DNA from: Eledone cirrhosa
Taxonomy: Eukaryota
Assembly: GCA_964016885.1 (NCBI GenBank)
Contig: OZ024749.1
Coordinates: 36,332,001 to 36,396,000, forward strand
Direction: 5' to 3'
Length of the DNA: 64,000 bases
Positions 56,730 through 64,000 of this stretch are shown in pieces. The notes under the pieces were generated by a model, which was not told the DNA's origin, did no database searches, and saw only the letters and a program-made list of their open reading frames with translations. The position numbers and the translations under genes were made by a program. Within the stretch, counting starts at the first letter, position 1. Each line of letters starts with the position of its first letter.

Positions 56730-56912
56730 TTTATTAAAATAACAGATTAAAGTTTAAGCAAAAAGATCCCGTTAAGGGTGAAAGCAGCGATTCTTTGCTT
56801 AAACTTTAATCTGTTATTTTAATAAATATTTGCTCTTCGGTTCTTATATATTTGATATATATTTTCCTTATCGAGCCCTCTCTGGATTTTAGTCTTCAAT
56901 TTTATTATTACT
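56730..56912 (+). mobile_element. Fold-back element with a partial hammerhead core in the loop
   Basis: Arms 56730-56762 and 56794-56826, loop contains AGA t ccc gttaa ggg t GAAA, ~86-bp tail, TA-rich flanks. Confidence 0.75.
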
Positions 56913-58552
56913 ATATGTATATTATATATATATATGTATATTATATATATATATGTATATTATATATTTATATTATATATATATATGTATATATTATATA
57001 TATATGTATATTATATATATATATATGTATATTATATATATATATATGTATATTATATATATGTATATTATATATTTATATTATATATTTATATTATATA
57101 TATATGTATATATTATATATATATGTATATATTATATATATATGTATATTATATATATATATATGTATATTATATATATATATGTATATTATATATGTAT
57201 ATATATATGTATGCATGTGTATGTATATATGTGTGTGTGTATGTATATATATATGGGTATATATATAAATGTGTGTGTATATAATATAATATATATATAT
57301 ATATATATAATGTATATATATATGTATATAATGTATATATATGTATATAATGTATATATATGTATATAATGTATGTATATAATGTATATATATGTATATA
57401 ATGTATATATATGTATGTATAATGTATATATATGTATGTATATGTATACATATGTATATTAAGTATATGTATATTATGTATACATATGTATATTATGTAT
57501 ACATATGTATATTATGTCTATATATGTATATTATGTATACATATGTATATTATGTATATATATGTATATATATGTATACATATGTATACATATGTATATT
57601 ATGTATATATATGTATACATATGTATATTATGTATATGTATATTATGTATACATATGTATATTATGTATACATATGTATATTATGTATACATATGTATAT
57701 ATATGTATATATATGTATACATATGTATACATATGTATATTATGTATACATATGTATATATATGTATATTATGTATACATATGTATATTAAGTATATGTA
57801 TATTATGTATACATATGTATATTATGTATACATATGTATATTATGTATACATATGTATACATATGTATATATATGTATATTATGTATTATAAAACAACAT
57901 TGATGTCAATTGCTATAATTAACTTCAAAATGATTTCCATTTTATAGAATTGTTGGTTTCAGTATTTGAATTACTATCATCATCATCATCACTATAATAA
58001 CCAGCAACATCATCTTTGATGAGATGGTGGTGGTGTGGTGGTGGTTGTTGTTGTTGTAGATGCTGTTGTGGTGGTGGTGGTGTAGTTGTGGAGGTTGTTG
58101 GTAGTGGTGGTGGGGAGGAGCATTTTCTTATTGTTTCTTTGCAGTATTTATGCAAGGGAAAACTAGTGGTGGTGGTGTTGAAGGTGGTGTTGGTAGTGAT
58201 GGGTGAAGTAGTGGTGGTGGTGGTGGTGGTGGCATTGTTGAAGGTGGTGTTGGTAGTGATGGGTGAAGTAGTGGTGGTGGTGGTGGTGATGGTGGTGTTG
58301 GTAGTGATGGGTGAAGTAGTGGTGGTGGTGGTGGTGGTGGCATTGTTGAAGGTGGTGTTGGTAGTGATGGGTGAAGTAGTGGTGGTGGTGGTGGTGGTGG
58401 TGGTGGCAGTGATGGGTGAAGTAGTGGTGGTGGTGTTGGTGGTGGTGTCTGTTCTGTTTTCAATGTAAATTGATATTAAAATATAGTAGATTTTGTAATA
58501 ACTTGGTCTAAAAGAAAACTTCAAAATGAAGACAGCTTATGTCATTCTTGAT

Positions 58553-58840
58553 CTGGTGGTAGTGGTGGTATAGGCAGTGGTGGTGATGGTAATGGCAGTG
58601 GTGGTGGTGGTAGTGGTGGTGTAGGCAGTGGTGGTGATGGTAATGGCAGTGGTGGTGGTGGTGGTAGTGGTGGTGTAGGCAGTGGTGGTGATGGTAATGG
58701 CAGTGGTGGTGGTGGTGGTAGTGGTGGTGTAGGCAGTGGTGGTGATGGTAATGGCAGTGGTGGTGGTGGTGGTGGTAGTGGTGGTGTAGGCAGTGGTGGT
58801 GATGGTAATGGCAGTGGTGGTGGTGGTGGTGGTATTGGCA
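58553..58840. repeat. GGT-rich minisatellite, unit about 51-57 bp
   Basis: agtggtggtgtaggcagtggtggtgatggtaatggc(agt)(ggt)n repeated 5 times. Confidence 0.88.
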
Positions 58841-60212
58841 TAGTGGTATGGTGGCAGCAGTAGTCTACTGGTAGTGAAGGTATTGTAGTGGTGATATGAT
58901 GCTGACAGTACTGTAGTTTTGGCAGTGATGGCAGTGGTATTGTAGCGTTGGTGGTGGTAAGGTGATAGTAGTAGTAGTAGTAGTTCTGTGGCTGGTGGTG
59001 GCAGTGATAGTAATCTAGTAGGTAGTGTAGTGGTTTTGGTGTAGTAGTGGTGGTATTTTTAGTTATAATTGGGTAATGTTGATATGGTGGTGATTCAGGT
59101 AGTCGAAGAAGTGATGTGGTTGGGGTAGTAGTGGTGGTGGTGGTGGTATGTTTACTGGGGCGGAACTTACTTCAGGCTAAACAACAATATCAAGCAAGGA
59201 CACATTAGATAATGTAGTCCTAGTTGCACTGTGTCTGTAAAAAAAACATCACCACTACCACCACCATCCACCACCACCATCACCACCATCCATCACCACC
59301 ACCACCATCCATCACCACCACCACCATCACCAGTAACAATTGTGCAGCCACTTCTAACACCACCACCACCACTATCAACAACAGAACTACCACCATCATG
59401 ACCACTACAATGACCATAGACACTATCACCATTACCACCACCACCACTGCAACCATGTCCACAACCACCACCATAACCACCTTTACCACCACTACCACAA
59501 CCACCACATCCACTGTGATCATCTTCACCACCACCACCACCATGGCTATCACCACACACCATGACCACCACCACCACCACCACGGCTACCACCACCACCA
59601 CCATGGCTATCACCAGACACCATGACCACCACCACAGCTATCACCAGACATCATCATCACCACAACCACCACCACTACCACTACCTTGATCACCACCACC
59701 ACAACCACAACCATGACCACAACCACCACCACTACCACTACCTTGATCACCACCACAGCCACCACCACAACCCCCCCCCCCAGACTATCTCAATCAACCA
59801 AAGGTTAATTTCATTAGTATCTCCAATCTCCATCATTCTAATCACCTAACGAGGAATCATGATCGTTAAAAGGTCAACAAAACTATTTAACATTTTCACC
59901 TTAATGAACATTTGGGGGTTTTTTTATAAGTTTTCTTTAAGTTTTGTTTTGAATTTTATTTTCTAAATATTTTCTTTATTTAATTTTTATATAATTCGTT
60001 TGTTTCGCTAACTTTAAAATATCTTTTGTTTTAATTCTGTTGATGGTGTGATGGTGGTGGTGTGTTGGTGTGGTGTGTTGGTGGTGGTGTTGTGTTGTTG
60101 TGTTGTGTTGGTGTGTTGTGATGGTGTTGGTGGGGTTTGTTTTATTTGTAATTCTTTGCCTTTTATATATTTCTACTGCATTGTACCAATTTTCTGAAAC
60201 TTCCGATTTAAA

Positions 60213-60253
60213 CCGAGCTGATGATCCATTAAGGTGAAACAATTTGTCCTCGG
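60213..60253 (+). ncRNA. Minimal type I hammerhead ribozyme motif
   Basis: ccgag CTGATGA t cc attaa gg t GAAAC aattt GTC ctcgg. Stem I ccgag/ctcgg, complete core, GUC cleavage triplet. Confidence 0.75.
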
Positions 60254-60348
60254 AAATGGTAAACTAACTGTTGTAGAACTACTACTACCAAACTCATCCC
60301 ATGGACTGAGTGCTCTACCTCTGGATATAACCCACCAGTGTTCTGCCA

Positions 60349-60400
<52 letters not shown>

Positions 60401-60404
<4 letters not shown>

Positions 60405-60589
60405 AAGAAGTGTAAGTCAACAGGTTAAAATTAACTTCGTTTATATGAATAAACAAAGTTAATTTGAACCTGTTGATTTACACTTCTTGTTTTTAAATTG
60501 CTCTGGAGTAAACAGCACTTGTGCACCTCGTTGAGTGCTCTAACCTGCATACTGAAATGACTGTAACCAATCAACACATACTCAAATTT
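60401..60589 (+). mobile_element. Fold-back element
   Basis: Imperfect arms 60401-60444 and 60449-60492, ~97-bp tail, (TA)n flanks. Confidence 0.7.
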
Positions 60590-60596
60590 ATATATA

Positions 60597-60997
60597 TCAT
60601 CATCATCGTTTAACGTCTATCTTCCCCGCTAGCCAGAGTTTAGATGGGAATTGTTCCACTTGAGGCAACATTGGTTGTCTTGCTCGTATAGGACTGTCTG
60701 GCAGGTTTTCTATGGCTGGATGGCCTTCCTAACACCAACCATGTTTACAGTGTGGACTGGGAGGTTTTTATCGTGTTACCTACACGGTCACACATATATA
60801 TATATATATATGATAAAAAGCTTCCAGTCCACACTGTAAACGTCATTGGCATTAGGAAGGGCATCCAGCTGTAGAAACCAAGCCTAAAACAATTGTTTGA
60901 GCAAAAGTCATCTGATCTGGCTTATCTCACAACAGGAAAAATCATCAAAGCCATGCTAGCGTGGAAAAATGAACGTTAAACGGTGATGATGATGATA
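60597..60997. mobile_element. Two RTE 3' ends arranged head-to-head
   Basis: Minus copy 60597-60790 and plus copy 60820-60997, with (GAT)n tails pointing outward and separated by (TA)n. Confidence 0.8.
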
Positions 60998-61393
60998 TAA
61001 CATCATATATATAGGTGTGTGTGTTGTAAAAGTCATGATAAAACAGTTATCTAATTCACACAACAAAACTAAAAACTAAGATTTTTATTTATTTAAATCG
61101 TTTTGTTAGAAATTTAAAATATTTTAGTTTCAGGAAGAAAGAAAAAATTATATAAATTATATTTAGAAATCTGATTTAAATCTCACGCAATTAACTTTTC
61201 TTAAAATATAGAATGTACATCATCATCATCATCATCATCATCACTTTGTGTGTGTGTATATGTGGATCTGTGAGTATATGTATTTATCTATGCAGATGTG
61301 TGTATATGTATGTTATATTTACCATCATGTATGTGTGATTTGGGAGTGGGGGGGGACTTGGTTCAAGGTAGGACTGGGGATCACTATCATTAA

Positions 61394-61595
61394 CCGTTTA
61401 GCATTCAAACTGACCATATTCCGCCAACATTCTCTCACCTCTTTCTGTTCAAACCAGCCATAACCAGCTATTCATACATATGCTGAGGTATTGTTCTCAA
61501 AATAAATAATATCGAAATCTTGAAGATTCGATATTAAGTGAGAAAATTATATGAAAATACAATAGTAAATATAGAGTATTGTAAAAGCTAAAGGG
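61394..61595 (+). mobile_element. piggyBac-type MITE, same family
   Basis: TTAA-ccgtttagcatt...aagctaaaggg-TTAA. Confidence 0.85.
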
Positions 61596-61599
61596 TTAA

Positions 61600-62340
61600 A
61601 AGACTTGGGAAACCTCTAATGTTATGTAACCTCATAAGAGAGCAGCTAAATCTGCATAGGGGTAAGCTGTGACAATAAGTCCCTATCATTAAAACGACCA
61701 AGAAACCTCTGAGATATAAATTTGTAAGTGACCAGCTAAACCTGTATAAGTGTGAGCTGTAACAACATGACTAGGGCTGTTGTAATTAAAACACCCAAGA
61801 AACCTATGAAATACAACTTTGTTGGAGCCCAATTAAACCTATATAAGCATAAACTGTAACAACATTATAGGACTGGGGCCCACTATCATTAAAACATCTA
61901 AGAAGCCATCTATGAGATACAACCTCATTGGAGGCCATCTAAACATACATAGGTCTGAAATGTAACAACAACGTGATGGGATTGGGGTCCCTATCATTAA
62001 AACACCCTAGAAACCTCCTGTGTTGTACAATCTTTTAAAAGACCAGCTAAAACCTATATAGGTATAAGCTGTAACATTATAGGATTTGGGTCCCTATAAT
62101 TAAAACACCCAAGAAACCTCCTATGTGATACAACCTTTTAGAAGACCAGCTAAAACCTACATAGGTATAAGTATAAGCTGTAACAACAACATTATAGGAC
62201 TTGGGTCCCTATAATTAACACACCTAAGAACCCTCCTATGAATTATAACTTCATATGAGACCAGCTACACTTATATTCAAGTGTGAGTTGTAATAACATG
62301 ATAGGACTGAAGTTACTACCTGTATACAGTTGTGAGCTGT
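61600..62340. repeat. Degenerate ~100-bp satellite, about 7 copies
   Basis: ccctatcattaaaacacccaagaaacc...gaccagctaaa...agctgtaac...ggactggggt recurs. Confidence 0.8.
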
Positions 62341-64000
62341 AAATTTAATTTTTTTTTTTTTGTTTATTGCTTTACCTCTTTAGTTTCCCTTTTTCTCCAT
62401 AACCATTAGTCTCCATTCTTTAACCCTATTCTTCACATTTGTTCAACCTCCAACCCCGGATTTTAACACTATACCAATATTTCTTCGGCTAATTCTTATG
62501 CTATATTTTCATCCATTCTTTTGTTGTTTAGAGGGATAAATTTTTTGGAAATATCACCTGAAATATAAAGCAGTCTCCGTTTGTCATTTTCGGAAATGGT
62601 TAGAACATTTCCAGAAATTCTTGCTATTATCTAACATCACGTCTTTAGAGCTATAACAACATAAAATAAAAAAAAAATGTACTTTTCCTTATTGATTCTG
62701 TTTTCCATCTTTTACTGTTCTTCATTGATGTGGTTCCTTCTCAGAATGTATTTACTGGTTGTGGTGATGGTTGGTGGTGGTGGTAGTGTTGGTGGTGATG
62801 GTTGGTGGTGGTGGTGATGGTTGGTGGTGGTGGTAGTGTTGGTGGTTCACGTAATGATGGTGGTTGGTGTTGCAGTGATAGTAGTTATTAGTGTAGGGGT
62901 TGTAGTGGTGGTGGTGGTTGCTGTAGCAGTGGTGGTAGTGGATGTCAACTGCTATCACAAACTTCTAACTTGATGGCTGTGACATTACTACATTATGACA
63001 GCTTTCTAGTTGTTGTTGTAGTGTTGTTGTTGTTGTGTTGGTGGTGTTGTGGTGGTGGTGTTGTGGTGGTGGTGTTGTGGTGGTGGTGTTGTTGTGCTGG
63101 TGGTGTTGTTGTTGTGCTGGTGGTGTTGTGGTGGTTGTGTGGTAGTGGTGGTGTTGTTGTGTGGTAGTGGTGGTGTTGTTGTGTTGTTGTTGTGGTGGTG
63201 GTGGTGGTTGTGATGTGCTGGTGGTGGTGTTGCTGTGCTGGTGGTGTTGTTGTGGTGGTGGTGGTATTGTGGTGGTGGTTGTGTGGTGGTGGTGGTGGTG
63301 GTGTTGTTGTGGTGGTGTTGTGGTGGTGTTGTTGTGGTGGTGTTGTGCTGCTGCTGGTGGTGGTGTTGTGCTGCTGCTGGTGGTGGTGGTGTTGTGCTGG
63401 TTTTGTTGTGGTGGTGTTGTGGTGGTGGTGGTGGTGTGGTGGTGGTGGTGTTGTGGTGGTGGTGTTGTTGTGGTGGTGGTGGTGTTGTAGTTGTGGAGCT
63501 GCTAGTGTTTTAGGAGACATGATGTGAGGGTTACATGACAAGTTCTCTGTTCCCACTCTTGCGTTCTTTTTATCATTTCTGATATTTCAGAAAAATAGTA
63601 TTCTATTCAGTAGGGTATATAAACGGTGGTGGGTCAGGATATAAAACGTGGTAGGGGTGGATAATGATATTTTTTCTTTGTCTTTCTTTTCTCTCATCCC
63701 CCTCTTCCTGTCCCTTTTCTTCCCCCTCTTACTCCTCTGTTGAGGGATTGTGATAGTAAATATCAGATTTTTTCCAACCACTGACTCTGCTGATACTTCT
63801 AGCTACATCTGGAATGGTAGGAATATCTGATGGAGATTGTTGACAGGTAAAGGGTTGGCATGGTGGAAGTTTGGATGGTTGGATAAATGGATGCTTGGAT
63901 GGTTGGCTGGATGGTTGATAATCAGATGGGTGGTCCGCTGATGGTTGACTGTATGATTGATATGATGGAGAGAAGAAAGATGTATCATGGGATTGTTAGA

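Noticed and set aside
159-63556. Hundreds of low-complexity ORFs (poly-T, poly-V, HT, YI, CV repeats)
   Set aside because: They are translations of microsatellites and minisatellites, open in several frames and on both strands, with no domains.

Overview
Eukaryotic, extremely repeat-rich, almost entirely intronic DNA. The SINE and LINE families and the microsatellite load look like a cephalopod (Octopus-like) genome, which is an inference from family recognition. Nearly all ORFs in the track are microsatellite artefacts. The only convincing host coding sequence is a 48-nt + strand exon at 47242-47289 (VDFEQDWEYEEIALER), matching the Discs large (Dlg1/SAP97) exon just before PDZ1. Mobile elements include a young 5'-truncated RTE-clade LINE (52395-53670) with a PHD finger and a ~185-bp target duplication, tRNA-derived SINEs with RTE tails, piggyBac-type TTAA MITEs, and CRE-like endonuclease remnants, one of them amplified as 4 x 236 bp. 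The most notable signal is a set of eight (TA)n-embedded fold-back elements from five unrelated families, all built as arm / inverted arm / unpaired tail. Most carry complete or partial minimal hammerhead ribozyme motifs, which is the signature of non-autonomous Penelope-like retroelements.
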